From IMG/VR virus record IMGVR_UViG_3300038465_000091, positions 124,001 through 188,000 of that record: DNA of 64,000 bases; one strand, written 5' to 3'. The translations under genes were made by a program, and so were the position numbers. The notes below the pieces were generated by a model. That model saw nothing but the letters and a program-made list of their open reading frames with translations, was not told the origin of the DNA and did no database searches. Below are positions 35,801-45,902 of the stretch, piece after piece; the stretch's first letter is position 1, and each line of letters starts with the position of its first letter.

Positions 35801-36542
35801 GCACCAGTTCTTGAGCCGTCAGTTGACGACTCAGGCGAACGTTCGTCAGAAGGGCGAGGCTATCGGCTTCGTCGGCTACGATCAGTTCCAGACACCCGCC
35901 ACGATGCGTGCAAACGCTCGTGGTTTGGCAAACAAGCGCATGATTGCAATCGGTGCCCCAGTCGCAGGTATCCTCATCACTGACCCGAACACGGGTGTGG
36001 CGGTGGAATACGCGGTAAGCGGCGAATTCATGGCAGCCGCCATGATGGGCTTGAACGCAAACCCCTCGAACGACGTGGCTCAGTCTCTCACGTTCCAGAA
36101 CTTGGTGGGCTTCAGCCGCTTGCTTGTGACCTACGACGACCCGACAATGGACTCGATGGCTGCGGATGGTCTGACCGACCTGTTGAACAACAACGGCGCT
36201 CTGCTCATCCGCCACTACAAGACCACTGACCCATCGAACCCGCTCACCAGCGAGCCGACAGTTACCACGATTACGGATTACGTTTCGCAGATATTCCGTA
36301 CAGACCTCAACCAATTCATCGGTCGCAAGCTGCTCGACTCGCTTGTTACCGACATTCAGGTGGTCTGCAACGCCCGCCTGTCGTCCTTGGTGAACCAGCA
36401 GATCATCAGCGGTTATCAGAACTTGTCGGTTGTGCAAGACTCGACCGATCCGACACAGGCCGACGTTACCGTCACCTTCAAGCCGATGTTCTGCTTGTTG
36501 TATGTACAGGTCACATTCATCGTCCAGACGCAATTGAGCTAA
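32880..36542 (+). CDS. Tail sheath protein (1220 aa, with inserted domains)
   Basis: Y..PGVYT N-terminus; C-terminal sheath domain (GEAIGFVG...LTFQNLVGF...IVQTQLS). Confidence 0.9.
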   Translation: MALFTSYAPPGVYTQVILQTNSAPTLGTARIPVIIGEGQQFFSNNNVELFRGSSSVQDDQSVSENISNQVTGLTRTFNTSFYPVTDGTGKGVISNNPTDVQVESIDQSGNVVPVTVISLNGATGVFTTQLIIPTGFELLITYFFKRGDTFIGIGGVTPYNVPENLLSQIPSTASLTVDDSGGSPPGTQSVVLGLSTPGQTGNLVTLQFVAGAAVPDAQAVGGAGTDAISINITGPSATRTLADLVSLVNAGIPTLDGGYLTVTTTTGALNAPLTVSSGAQPFTGGSGGNSNTVFKVAHTPIVDGTNGGVVTTDVTKVIVQVNGNPVTVASLNGAAGTFTLASPVSAPVALGGTTTSFTIQYYFNSWQNTYDLLPGQNIASITQVGLGPNRADFVQGTDYVLGSITAPDGSTVQTINWGASVSSAIGQSAAGELANFTPAEVTTALRDDQVYLQPLTGAVNGKNVVFSLPDVPTDGSGLSIATDNPALVQVYVGSDPLEAFLNGAVRVAQLSGANQLVTLYNPPASGSLVYASYYRSQLADHQYSITVVNPGYAGNGTFIITDELGRVAPLVEFNLAASTVAQNGPFQDTGVVYPNDFSDAQAQAGAAVDETVTLTFNNDGNTTIVLAIQARLALTFGAGTLTFHATTPGIGGNLVQIVIDATDLNADPVSINGDIVTIYSSWAGTALSLAQIAALFPSGETIDGGQILCTASGTTSGNAATTGATNLSGGANAITTPVTHSYTVSSTNSKGSGSLNNIGYLDQTYEDLATGFRVTIVNPTDHADYGVPNIPSAYNFEPGDKLIFNVYADATGANAAVRNAGTPGIAPAQANNLIAIQGLDTTVISNFGSTAGDSVIVSTFNKSGNNPNIGEFYYVSFTTAKQAADYAIHLYTDPKVAYANYGQPSTVNRVSLAIQLMAANGVQTFGVIQVPVVPGTNQGTSQDFMNAIQTLTIALPGYTTKANIICPLSTDPTVHQFLSRQLTTQANVRQKGEAIGFVGYDQFQTPATMRANARGLANKRMIAIGAPVAGILITDPNTGVAVEYAVSGEFMAAAMMGLNANPSNDVAQSLTFQNLVGFSRLLVTYDDPTMDSMAADGLTDLLNNNGALLIRHYKTTDPSNPLTSEPTVTTITDYVSQIFRTDLNQFIGRKLLDSLVTDIQVVCNARLSSLVNQQIISGYQNLSVVQDSTDPTQADVTVTFKPMFCLLYVQVTFIVQTQLS

Positions 36543-36558
36543 ACCGAGGGGTTAAGGA

Positions 36559-36993
36559 ATGCTGATAACACCACAGGTAACGCAGGCGAACGGGATCATT
36601 AAGTTGAAGCTTGTTGCCACGTTCGTCGGTGACCTGACTGATGCGAGCGACAAGGCGAATATCGCGGCTTTTGGCGATCCGCAAGTCAACATGGCGGGGT
36701 CGTTTCAAGACCCGCTCAATCCTGCCTTCACGTTTTTGTTTCCCGCCACTGATGTAATAGTGGGAATCACGACGCAGATGAGCACGAAGACGACACGTTT
36801 CATGCTGGCTTTGCCGAATGGACAGAATCCAAACCAGCCCGCCCCGATTCAGGGTGAGTTGGATTGCATCACGACGAACCCGAGTGAGGCGTGCGAGGCG
36901 TATTACACGGTCATGTGCCAGCGCATCACACAATCAATGTTGATCCTCCGACAGAAAATGTTGGTGCCACAGCTTCAAAACCAGACGATTTAA
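36559..36993 (+). CDS. Hypothetical virion-associated protein
   Basis: 144 aa, RBS-led, follows the sheath. Confidence 0.65.
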   Translation: MLITPQVTQANGIIKLKLVATFVGDLTDASDKANIAAFGDPQVNMAGSFQDPLNPAFTFLFPATDVIVGITTQMSTKTTRFMLALPNGQNPNQPAPIQGELDCITTNPSEACEAYYTVMCQRITQSMLILRQKMLVPQLQNQTI

Positions 36994-37001
36994 GAGGAAC
37001 G

Positions 37002-38453
37002 ATGAGCAAGTTGATGGAGCAACGCAAAGCGGCACGAACAAAGAAGTCAACGGTTCTTTTGTCCATCGATACGGCTAAGGATGCAGTCAATATCGGTAAG
37101 TCGCTGTTGAACGCAACCCAAGCTGAGGGTCAAAATGATCCGCAACTGGAACAAGCTGTAAGGCACTTGGAAGGGCTGTTAGCTAGTCAGCCAGATCAAA
37201 TGCAGTCAGAAGGGGCAGTGAACGTCGAAGATTATTTCGACGATACTATTTTGCCTGAAGTAGCACGTCAAGCCAAAAACGAGGTAGATATGATCGCACA
37301 AAAACGCAGGGAAGCACGTCCCGCACAAGGAACTCAGCAACAGCCAGCTTTGGCATCGGATGAGAAATCCGCAGCCACGGGCACCGATGCTTTCGTGACC
37401 GACCGCGACGAATCGGGTAACCCCAAGACCCCCGAAAAGGCCGAAGTTCCCCGTCTCGCAGCCAAGAAGAAAGAAGCACAGCCCGAAGCTGTGCCCCCAG
37501 TCCCTCCCGTCGCAGCCCCAGCCGTTGGTGGGGGTGGTGGTTCGCTCGACGCCCTCTTCGCCAAGCTGCCGTCTGACTTCCTCGCCGATCTGGTGAAGAA
37601 GCTGACCAGCCTCGAAGGTTTTGAACAGGACAAGGACGTACAGGCAGCCGTTGAGAATTTGGCTGGAAAACTCCAGCAACGTCCTGTTGAAGCGGCTCCC
37701 GTTCCCGGTGCTCCTGCCGCTGCTCCGACCGCCTCCGTAAAGAAGGGCGGCGACTTTGGCGGTAAGCAAGCTCCTCCGTTCGGTAAGAAAGACGATGACA
37801 AAAAGGACGACAAGAAAGCATCCGTTGCCCGTCTTGGTTTGAATTTTGTCGCAGCCGAAAAGGTTGCCGTAGCCCCTCCGGGTCGCGAAGATCAGGTGAA
37901 GGCACTCAAGAAAGAAGACGTAGATAACCCCTACGCCGTGGCATGGGCCAGCTACAACAAAGGCGACAAGCAGGGCGCTCTTCGGGCCGCTCATGCGGTG
38001 ATCGCGAAGTTCGCTGCCGCTGGTTTCTTCACGTGGGATCAGGCAACTGGCGACGTAACTGAGTCTGGCGGACGCACTCCAGAAGTTCAAGAAGCACACA
38101 GCAAGATTGATGAAGCTCCCGCCCATCTGGAACGTCCTGATACGACGCTCCCGATCAAATTAGCAGGCGAGATGACGGCTCAAAAAGCTGTAAAGGAGGC
38201 GGAAAGGCTAGGCAACGAGCTTAAAAAGACCTACCTTGACGCCAAATCAATCTGTACGGTGAACGATAGCCGTCCAGTACGTGAGTTTGTAGAGAGTATC
38301 TTCCGTGCGGGCGACATGGCTGATGAGGCGGTTAAGACCCTCAACAAGCAAGTCATGCAGGAAGAATCCGAAGAAGCGGCTGCAAAAGTCCGTGAGAAGA
38401 GCAATAAGAAGTCCGCTCTCAACGATTTAACGTTGGCAGCTTCGGCTGAGTAA
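37002..38453 (+). CDS. Low-complexity modular head/internal protein
   Basis: GAGGA RBS, ATG 37002; A/P/K/E-rich; shares the DAF.TDRDE.G.PK module with 62499..63653. Confidence 0.6.
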   Translation: MSKLMEQRKAARTKKSTVLLSIDTAKDAVNIGKSLLNATQAEGQNDPQLEQAVRHLEGLLASQPDQMQSEGAVNVEDYFDDTILPEVARQAKNEVDMIAQKRREARPAQGTQQQPALASDEKSAATGTDAFVTDRDESGNPKTPEKAEVPRLAAKKKEAQPEAVPPVPPVAAPAVGGGGGSLDALFAKLPSDFLADLVKKLTSLEGFEQDKDVQAAVENLAGKLQQRPVEAAPVPGAPAAAPTASVKKGGDFGGKQAPPFGKKDDDKKDDKKASVARLGLNFVAAEKVAVAPPGREDQVKALKKEDVDNPYAVAWASYNKGDKQGALRAAHAVIAKFAAAGFFTWDQATGDVTESGGRTPEVQEAHSKIDEAPAHLERPDTTLPIKLAGEMTAQKAVKEAERLGNELKKTYLDAKSICTVNDSRPVREFVESIFRAGDMADEAVKTLNKQVMQEESEEAAAKVREKSNKKSALNDLTLAASAE

Positions 38454-38456
38454 AGA

Positions 38457-38677
38457 TTGCGAGCATCCAGAAATCCCCCAAACCGGGCAACCGCAGAGGG
38501 GTCAGTACGGGATGAGCGGCAAATTGAATAGCCGCTTGTAAGCACCGAGGTGAATGCTCGGCTCGCAAAGATTCGGGGAACGAAAAACGCCGGGTCATCG
38601 TGTGGTGAATTTCACTGCCTTAGGTCCGTTAAGGTTACGAGCGATGAATTGGAACGAAGGTAGTAACGTTCCCCGAG
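38457..38677 (+). ncRNA. Putative two-domain structured RNA upstream of the tail tube gene
   Basis: Domain 1 closed by TTGCGAGC/GCTCGCAA (with AGCGGC/GCCGCT and CCGAG/CTCGG); domain 2 closed by the 11-bp TTCGGGGAACG/CGTTCCCCGAG (with TCATCG/CGATGA and CCTTA/TAAGG). Confidence 0.6.
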
Positions 38678-38745
38678 TAGTAATTTCAGTTTTCTGGATT
38701 TCGCAACTGTAGTGTAGAAACCCCTTTTATAGGTGGGAGGCAAAC

Positions 38746-39411
38746 ATGTCCGAAGGTGGATACGTATATCGACAGGGTACATCACCCAACACTGAGACTG
38801 TAATCTCGTCTCGGTTCAAAATCTTTACAGATGCCGTTGATGTCGGCAAGTTCGTAAAGCTGGGCGTAACCTCGTCCTTCACTTACTCAGAATCGAAGAC
38901 TGTCGATGCGGTTCGCGGCCTCGGCTACGGCGATCAGGTTGCGGAACTCGTTCCCGGCGTGACTCAGCCGCTCAGCATTTCGATCACCCGTACTTGTCTG
39001 TATCTGGCGAACCTCATGCAGGTTGTCGGCTACAAGGCAGGCGTGAGCGGTGCAGTCCGCTCTCTCAAGCACCACCGCTGGCCGTTCGACATCAAGCAGG
39101 AGATTGTATTCTCCCAGCTTGCTACCGAAGACCCGAACGTTGGTCAGGCAACTCTGGCTGACATCCCGAATGAAGGTGGTCTGAACAACCTTGGCAACCC
39201 CGGGCTGCTCGCAATCGCGACAGTGTACGAGGGCTGCTGGATGGAGTCTTACAACACGGCGTTCACGGTTGACACCGCCGCCGTCACCGAAGATTGCACC
39301 ATCACTGTCACCGACATTTTCGATGTCGCTGGCTCTGTCTACGGCGAGTTCCTTGACGCAGGTCTCAACACTGGGGATGCCACTGGACGTTCACTCCTCT
39401 ACAGCACCTAA
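38746..39411 (+). CDS. Tail tube protein
   Basis: Size (221 aa), position after the sheath, and the beta-rich ...SRFKIF...GV..SF.YSES...EGCWMESY...TVTDI pattern. Confidence 0.75.
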   Translation: MSEGGYVYRQGTSPNTETVISSRFKIFTDAVDVGKFVKLGVTSSFTYSESKTVDAVRGLGYGDQVAELVPGVTQPLSISITRTCLYLANLMQVVGYKAGVSGAVRSLKHHRWPFDIKQEIVFSQLATEDPNVGQATLADIPNEGGLNNLGNPGLLAIATVYEGCWMESYNTAFTVDTAAVTEDCTITVTDIFDVAGSVYGEFLDAGLNTGDATGRSLLYST

Positions 39412-39423
39412 CGAAACTAGGCT

Positions 39424-39456
39424 GAGGCGGGTACTGGTTATCCGCCTCTTCCTCTT
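39424..39456 (+). terminator. Possible terminator/processing hairpin after the tube gene
   Basis: GAGGCGG/CCGCCTC stem; weak pyrimidine tail. Confidence 0.4.
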
Positions 39457-39467
39457 GAGGACCGTGA

Positions 39468-41159
39468 ATGACGCCTAGAAACCCACTCCTACAAAAAAGA
39501 GCACTCGACGAAACCATGGTCATGTGGAACGACCCTGATTACGCCGAAAATCAACACCACTCCGATCCCAGCTACACCACTCAAAACGGCAAGGATTACG
39601 CGGGACGCGGCACCACTGAGAATGAAGAGGGTGCGCTTAAAGATGGCATCCCCGCAGGTCTCCTGTCGGTTGAACTCGGCAAAGAAGCCGCAGGCAGTAC
39701 GGACCCCGTTGACTTGTTAAGGCGAGCGGCGGATACCCTGCAAGGATATTGCGCCGAGGTCAATGGCGACATGAACGATAGCTTGGCGACGGAGATAGAG
39801 GAGTATCTCGCCCAACAGTCTCAACCCAAGCAAGCCGATACGGGCAACCCTCACGTCACTACGATGCCAAGTGCGCCAGCCCCAGTCGATCCCGATAACG
39901 CAACGTTCTTTAAGGAAAGTGAACCGAGTTCGCCGTTCACTGACGCTGAAGAAAAAATTAACGCCGCAGCCGCAGGTAGTGGTTTCCACTATGTGGGTCG
40001 CGTTACAGACGGGACTACACTGTGGTACAGGGGGAAAGACGAACGTTTGTCGTTTGACCCTAAGACTGGAAACGTCACGCACCTGAGGGACGGGAAAGTT
40101 GTATCGGAATGCCCCATTAACCAACTCGGACGTATTAAGTCTGCCGCCGATAGCTTTCATGCGGCCCTGAAGAAGGGACTTAAGCAGGGCGCAATCCGCC
40201 CATCTCCCCACACTGTGTTTGAAAACAAAGTTGACAATGCCACGGGGAAACAGCCCATCGCACCCACGGAACCTTCCGATGATGAGGTGATGAAAGCTCA
40301 AAAAACCCTCGAAAACGCTGGGGTTGGCGATCAAATTGGTGTCAACGCTTCGAAGACCGTCGAGGTTAAGGAGCTTGGAACCAAGATGAGCGGCTTCACT
40401 GGCGGCGGGCCGTTTAGCTGCATGGATTGCGTGCATCGTACTCCGCACTCTAAGAACGCCAAGGGCGAAGAAGTTGATTCGTGCAAGCATCCCGATGTGA
40501 TGGCCGATCCCGAGCTTGCAGATCGCAAACTCCCTGACGGAACTATCGAAGTTGACGCTGATGATTGCTGCCGTTTTGTAAGGCCGACGAAGAAAGAATC
40601 CGAGAAGGAAGCGGCGGTCACCAAGACCTACGGCACTGGCACACCTCCGGGCGGAACGCCCAATGATCCGAGTATCGACGATGAAGACGCGGACGAAGGG
40701 AAGACCTCTAGCCAAAAGCGAGCGGATGTTGATATTCACGAAACGCCGAAGTTCCTCCCGCCTCGCGATGACATTCGTCGGCACCTCGACAAGGATGTGC
40801 AGGATGAAATCACCGATGAGGTGATGGAAGGCGTGAAAGACGCATCGGAAGAGGGCGAATACTACTTGGATAAAGTTCGTGACATGAAGAACGAGGCCAA
40901 GGAAGCGTTCATGCAGGATGGTTCCATGCAACAAGAGGCTCAGGATGCGGGTATGAGCATGGAAGACCTGTGGAAAGAAATCGGTGGGGAGTTCACCGAG
41001 AACTACTATATTTCGGCCTACTCCAAGCAGGGGTCGATTGCGGTTGAAGAGGGGTTTAAGTGCCCTAACTGCAAGAGCCTGAAGGGGAAACCAGTCGAAG
41101 ATGGTTTGGACGACACGGTAAGCTTGCGAGAGTGTTTAACTTGCGGGAGCTTTTACTAA
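39468..41159 (+). CDS. Modular acidic head/internal protein
   Basis: 563 aa of short domains linked by KRA/KEA/KQA/KSA motifs. Confidence 0.6.
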   Translation: MTPRNPLLQKRALDETMVMWNDPDYAENQHHSDPSYTTQNGKDYAGRGTTENEEGALKDGIPAGLLSVELGKEAAGSTDPVDLLRRAADTLQGYCAEVNGDMNDSLATEIEEYLAQQSQPKQADTGNPHVTTMPSAPAPVDPDNATFFKESEPSSPFTDAEEKINAAAAGSGFHYVGRVTDGTTLWYRGKDERLSFDPKTGNVTHLRDGKVVSECPINQLGRIKSAADSFHAALKKGLKQGAIRPSPHTVFENKVDNATGKQPIAPTEPSDDEVMKAQKTLENAGVGDQIGVNASKTVEVKELGTKMSGFTGGGPFSCMDCVHRTPHSKNAKGEEVDSCKHPDVMADPELADRKLPDGTIEVDADDCCRFVRPTKKESEKEAAVTKTYGTGTPPGGTPNDPSIDDEDADEGKTSSQKRADVDIHETPKFLPPRDDIRRHLDKDVQDEITDEVMEGVKDASEEGEYYLDKVRDMKNEAKEAFMQDGSMQQEAQDAGMSMEDLWKEIGGEFTENYYISAYSKQGSIAVEEGFKCPNCKSLKGKPVEDGLDDTVSLRECLTCGSFY

Positions 41160-41187
41160 CTACAGCCCTCTTTAGATAGGGAACCCT

Positions 41188-42090
41188 ATGCCTTTTACGA
41201 AGATAGCTAACGCTGCGTTACAAGAACCAGTCATCGCACCCGAGGACTGGATCAAGCTGCATGGAAAGCACGTGTTCGGGCAGAAGTCCGCCTCGGGCTC
41301 CGCAGCCGCCGCTACCTTCAGGAAGTCCGCTGACACCTCGAAATACCTCTTGTCCCACTGCACCATTATGGCAAGTGTGATGGTCGAGGCCGACCCTTAC
41401 GATTACCTAATCAAGCCAGAATGCAGTCACCTCGTCAACAACAACGATGACGCATGGACGAACGAAGTTCTGAAGCTCAGCCACAGCAGCTTTGTTGGTG
41501 CTTTCAACTTCGTGGAACATTTCCAGAATTCCAAGTATGCGAAGGGTCACATTCTCGACGCCATTCTTCGCAAGATCAAGTTGAACGGCGATGGCTCTGT
41601 GTGGGTCTATTTCTGCGATATCCTTGTCGCCACGGACCTCGGACACGAGAAGCTGATTGACGACATCCGCAGCGAAAAGGTCAAGTACCTGAGTATGGGC
41701 TGCGTGACCGACCTCGTAATTTGCAGCTATTGCGGTGCTCGCGTCACCGATCAAAATACCTACTGCAACCATCTGTCGTATCAAAAGGGCATGTTCCTGA
41801 CCGACGACGATGGCATTGCACGTCGTGTCGCCGAGCTTTGTGGGCACAAGACAATGGAAAACGGCGGCGTGAAGTTTGTGGAAGCTTCGTGGGTTGCTAC
41901 ACCAGCATTCCCCGGGGCTGCAAAACGTAACACGGTCTCCGAAGAGTGGGAAGGACCCCGCACCAAGTACACCAAATCGTCCACCGCTGGGAAGATGGCA
42001 AAAATTGCCAGTGTGAATGATGAATTCGAAACCCTTAATCTAGGTGATGCGTTAATGAACGCGAATTTGCACGGAAGGTTGACTCGGTAA
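41188..42090 (+). CDS. Prohead protease-like protein
   Basis: NNNDDAW...FVGAFNFVEH...KG.ILDA...LSMGC...C..CG...C.HL...F.EAS.V..PAF..A; lies immediately before the scaffold/capsid genes. Confidence 0.6.
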   Translation: MPFTKIANAALQEPVIAPEDWIKLHGKHVFGQKSASGSAAAATFRKSADTSKYLLSHCTIMASVMVEADPYDYLIKPECSHLVNNNDDAWTNEVLKLSHSSFVGAFNFVEHFQNSKYAKGHILDAILRKIKLNGDGSVWVYFCDILVATDLGHEKLIDDIRSEKVKYLSMGCVTDLVICSYCGARVTDQNTYCNHLSYQKGMFLTDDDGIARRVAELCGHKTMENGGVKFVEASWVATPAFPGAAKRNTVSEEWEGPRTKYTKSSTAGKMAKIASVNDEFETLNLGDALMNANLHGRLTR

Positions 42091-44549
42091 TGGCCGATCA
42101 GAAGACAACGCACTACAATGGCTACACTCTGAGTTACGCCAGTCAGCATGAGTCAGTGATTATTAAGTTGGACGGCAAGAAAGTTAAAACAGCACCAAAC
42201 CTAGAAAAGGCGAAGGCGTGGGTGAATCAAGCGCCGGGAAGCTTTAGTAAGGGCGAGAAAAAGGCTGGTACGCTAATGGCAAAAGAAATAGTTCATTGCA
42301 CAAAGTGCGGCAACATGATCGAGTCGCTCAAGCCTGAAAAATGTGAGCATTGTGGTGGCAAAGCAAAAGTTAAGAAGGGCTCTATGAAATCAAAACTAGC
42401 AGCAGCAAAAGCGGCACTTGACCGCAAGCAGGCCGATTTGGACGCTATTGACGACCAGATCATGGGTCTGGACTCTGGTATCCCAATGGATGCCCCATCT
42501 ACCCCCGAATTTGACCTCCTCACTGCGAAGCGCGAAGAGCTTGAAGAAGAGATTCGCACGATGCGCGAAGGCGTTCAGTTTATCTCCGAGTGGGAAAAAT
42601 TGAAGGGCGGACAGTGGTCGGAAGGTATCAAATCCCAGTTGGACGGCCTCGACTCAGAAATCGCCAATATAGCTGGCAGCGAGGGTGCCGTTGAGTCGGG
42701 TATGGATATGGGAGCCCCGATGGGCGATCCCCTAGCCGCCCCGCCAGTTCCCGAAGCCCCAGTAGCACCAATGGGAGACGTGGCCCCTGAAGCCGCCCCA
42801 GCACCAGAAGTGGCACCCGATGCCGCCGCACCAGAAACACCCGCACCTGCCTTGGAACCTCCGATGGCGAGCGCAAAATCCGCAGTAAATAAGAAAAATA
42901 ACTATCAAACCTCTCAAAAGAGGGGCAATATTGCCTCTCCCCAGATGAAAAAGGAAGGCTCCAACATGGCAAATCCTACAGCTACCAAGCCCTCGAACTT
43001 GAAAGAGAAGCTTGCTGAACTGAAAACGAAGCGCGAGACGATCAAGAGGGAAGCACAGGTTCGCACCGCTGCGGCGTATACAATCGCCAACACGATGCTG
43101 CCGGGTGCCCCCGTCGAAAAGCGTCAGGCATTCGCCTCTTCGCTACTCCAAGGTAACGACACCAAAGCCCTCGTTGCTGCCCTCCGTCAAACCGCGATCA
43201 ACGCCCACTACTCCAAGGTCGCCGAACAATTCAAGGAAGTCCACAAAGTCGAACTCAATGATCTCCTCGAAGACCCGTCCGTTCTGAAGTCCGAGCGTTC
43301 GGCTGTCGAAAAGGAAATCAAGGGTGACGCGAAGTCGGCTACCTCGAAGAAGGCCGATGACCGCAAGGACGCAGGTCCGCAGACCGAGACGTACAACGAC
43401 GGTCGTGGTTGCGGCGGCGGGACTCACTCTGAGCCGAAGGAAATGGAAGCCTCGAAAGCTGGCGACCGTCCCGACGCTGGCGAGAAGCCCGGTCAGACCG
43501 TGAACCTCAGCGACGGCAAATCTGCCGCCGCAAAGAAGTCAACATGCAAGGACGGCGAGAAATGCGCGGGTTGCGAGAACTGCAAGTCCGCCGCCAAGAA
43601 AGCCGCCGAGAAGAAATGCGACAAGTGCAAGGGTGAATGTAAGTGCGCTTCCAAGGTCGTTGCCAAGGCAAAGAAGGCCGACGAGCCGCCGATGGACGCC
43701 CCCGCACCAGATGCAGGCGCACCGCCGATGGAAGACGAAATGGGCGATGCAGGTGCTCCGTTGGATGAAGTTCCTCCGATGGACGGTATGGAAGGTGAAG
43801 CTCCAGTCGATGACGCTGGCGCGATCCTTACCGACGAGAAGAAGATGGTCGTTCAGGAGGAAATCGACACCGTTAAGGATGCCGTTCAAGCTCTTGAGCA
43901 GGAACTTCTTGAAGAGAACGAAGAAGAGATTCCGCTTGCTCTTGAAGAAGGCGAACCCTCCGAAGAAGAGCTTGACCTTTCGTCCGTGTTCGATCAGGGC
44001 GAGATGGAAGACAAAGCCGCTTCGCTTGCCAACGAAGGTGAAGATCACACCGCTGGCGACGACGGCGATGGTAACTTCTTCGCCCCAACATCTGCCGCAG
44101 GCATGGAATCAGTGCTTGACGACAGCGGTATGCAGGTAGCCAGTATCGAGAGCTATTTCGATATGCAGGGCTCCGATGCCGACCCACTGTACAGCTTGAT
44201 CGCATCTGAAACCAAGGAAGCAGCATCCGTCGCTGGTTTTGACGTGCTTGAGTCCTTCACTGGTGAAGTGGCGAACAAGATGAAGCAGGACACCACTGGC
44301 GAAGCCCGCGACAACGAAGGCGACCACGACGAAGACCTCTTCGTCGAAGCAATGAAGGACATCAAGCCTGAGGAACAGGGTGCAAAGCGTACCCCGCAGG
44401 ATGCACGTCCCGAGTTGCAGGCTCCGAAGTCCGCAGCCGCAAAGACCGCAGCCAAGGCTCCCACAGGCAGCATCAAGCGTGTCCGCCCTGTCGTAGCCTC
44501 ACCGAAAGCCGTTGACATCGCTACCGCGTTGTTCGGCTCCGAAGAGTAA
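42090..44549 (+). CDS. Scaffold-like protein
   Basis: Highly acidic/Ala-Pro-rich coiled-coil protein between the protease and capsid genes. Confidence 0.6.
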   Translation: MADQKTTHYNGYTLSYASQHESVIIKLDGKKVKTAPNLEKAKAWVNQAPGSFSKGEKKAGTLMAKEIVHCTKCGNMIESLKPEKCEHCGGKAKVKKGSMKSKLAAAKAALDRKQADLDAIDDQIMGLDSGIPMDAPSTPEFDLLTAKREELEEEIRTMREGVQFISEWEKLKGGQWSEGIKSQLDGLDSEIANIAGSEGAVESGMDMGAPMGDPLAAPPVPEAPVAPMGDVAPEAAPAPEVAPDAAAPETPAPALEPPMASAKSAVNKKNNYQTSQKRGNIASPQMKKEGSNMANPTATKPSNLKEKLAELKTKRETIKREAQVRTAAAYTIANTMLPGAPVEKRQAFASSLLQGNDTKALVAALRQTAINAHYSKVAEQFKEVHKVELNDLLEDPSVLKSERSAVEKEIKGDAKSATSKKADDRKDAGPQTETYNDGRGCGGGTHSEPKEMEASKAGDRPDAGEKPGQTVNLSDGKSAAAKKSTCKDGEKCAGCENCKSAAKKAAEKKCDKCKGECKCASKVVAKAKKADEPPMDAPAPDAGAPPMEDEMGDAGAPLDEVPPMDGMEGEAPVDDAGAILTDEKKMVVQEEIDTVKDAVQALEQELLEENEEEIPLALEEGEPSEEELDLSSVFDQGEMEDKAASLANEGEDHTAGDDGDGNFFAPTSAAGMESVLDDSGMQVASIESYFDMQGSDADPLYSLIASETKEAASVAGFDVLESFTGEVANKMKQDTTGEARDNEGDHDEDLFVEAMKDIKPEEQGAKRTPQDARPELQAPKSAAAKTAAKAPTGSIKRVRPVVASPKAVDIATALFGSEE

Positions 44550-44575
44550 TCACGAGCTAAACCGTAACACCCAAC

Positions 44576-44607
44576 AGGGGTCGCCAAAAGCGGCCCCTTC
44601 ATTTTTT
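44576..44607 (+). terminator. Intrinsic terminator
   Basis: AGGGGTCGC-CAAAA-GCGGCCCCT followed by TCATTTTTT. Confidence 0.7.
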
Positions 44608-44795
44608 GGGGGCGTAGATGGTACCCAGATAGCCGAGCAAAACCCATTTCATTTTCTTCTCGTCGTATTCGTCGGATCGGAGTTCCATCTTCGGACAAAT
44701 CAAACCTATCGTGTGTGCAACCTTCATCTGCCCGCAATTGGCGCACCGTGGTTCAGTCATCTTCCCATTATATCACTACTACCCGAATCTTTTAT

Positions 44796-45320
44796 ATGAC
44801 GCCTCCAGCCAAAATTCTAGCAGTGCAACTCTCTACTCCTGAGCTTAACGTACAGCCTACGGGCGGGGTGGAGCAAATTGGATACAGATGCATTTTGGCC
44901 GTTGGTTCCATTTTAGCTAAGGTCCAAACCACGGTCCTGTTTGGCAGTGATCTGTTTGGCATCGGACGGATGAGCAATTTCTCTGAGGAAACCATATTCC
45001 CACGTTTTGTGAATTCATTCAAGGACAAACCTTGGAAATGGGCGCAGTTGAATGCGATTCCCAACCCCCCTATTCCGTATCCCCAATATCTAGCCGCCCC
45101 GCAGCCTCCAGTAGCGACTGGAATCTGCACGGTGCTGAACGCGGGTTGGGATGCCATGTACGGATACTGGGTTGAATTCAAGGGGAATTACTTCCTGCAT
45201 TTCCCGCTGTTCAAGGACTGGGCGAACATCGTCATTCGCGACGGCCCAGACTATAAGGGGTTCCAACGCTCTGCGTATTCGGGCTCGGGGTCGGGTTCAT
45301 CAGGCAATCGCAATTGCTAA
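44796..45320 (+). CDS. Hypothetical protein
   Basis: ATG 44796 in track ORF 44715..45320. Confidence 0.6.
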   Translation: MTPPAKILAVQLSTPELNVQPTGGVEQIGYRCILAVGSILAKVQTTVLFGSDLFGIGRMSNFSEETIFPRFVNSFKDKPWKWAQLNAIPNPPIPYPQYLAAPQPPVATGICTVLNAGWDAMYGYWVEFKGNYFLHFPLFKDWANIVIRDGPDYKGFQRSAYSGSGSGSSGNRNC

Positions 45321-45766
45321 ATCGGCGGTTCCATGTTGACCACTGCGTTGAGTAGGTCCTGAGATATTACGGTGTCTTTCTTTCGTTTCTTTTTAGGTAC
45401 GAATGGCGTGTAGGGGACCCACAGACTACCAATTTTGACCTGCCATTGCCCATCCACTTGACGACGCTCTTGTCGAGGTTCCGCCCATTTTCGCTTGATC
45501 CAATTGCAGTTGGCGCACAGAAGTTGGTACTTTTTTGTAAACTCGGGGTCTGAAAGCATTTTGTGGTATTTCCATCCCCCCATCCTTCGGGGCAGCGGGT
45601 CACCATCGCTTTGAATTATCTGTAGACAACGAATATCGGTACAACCCCGGCTTTTGTTCTCATTGATCCATTGACAATCGGGGGACTGACACTGCCCGCC
45701 TAAGCGTCGTATCGCCTCTTCTCTATTCCCCGCACAACGGTATTCCATAAAGCCATGATACCACAA
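45317..45766 (-). CDS. HNH-like endonuclease (degenerate)
   Basis: LGG.C..P.C......D.R.L.......YQLLCANCNWIK pattern. Confidence 0.6.
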   Translation of the reverse strand: MWYHGFMEYRCAGNREEAIRRLGGQCQSPDCQWINENKSRGCTDIRCLQIIQSDGDPLPRRMGGWKYHKMLSDPEFTKKYQLLCANCNWIKRKWAEPRQERRQVDGQWQVKIGSLWVPYTPFVPKKKRKKDTVISQDLLNAVVNMEPPI

Positions 45767-45902
45767 AAATCGCTAATGAACGAGTTTTCTTGATACCAAA
45801 CCCTTATTACGAACGCACTTTTCTATAGTCCTTCGCCCCCAAAAGGCCGGATTGGAATTGGGCAATCTGTTTCAAATTTGCTTCACAATTCTGGAGAACT
45901 AA

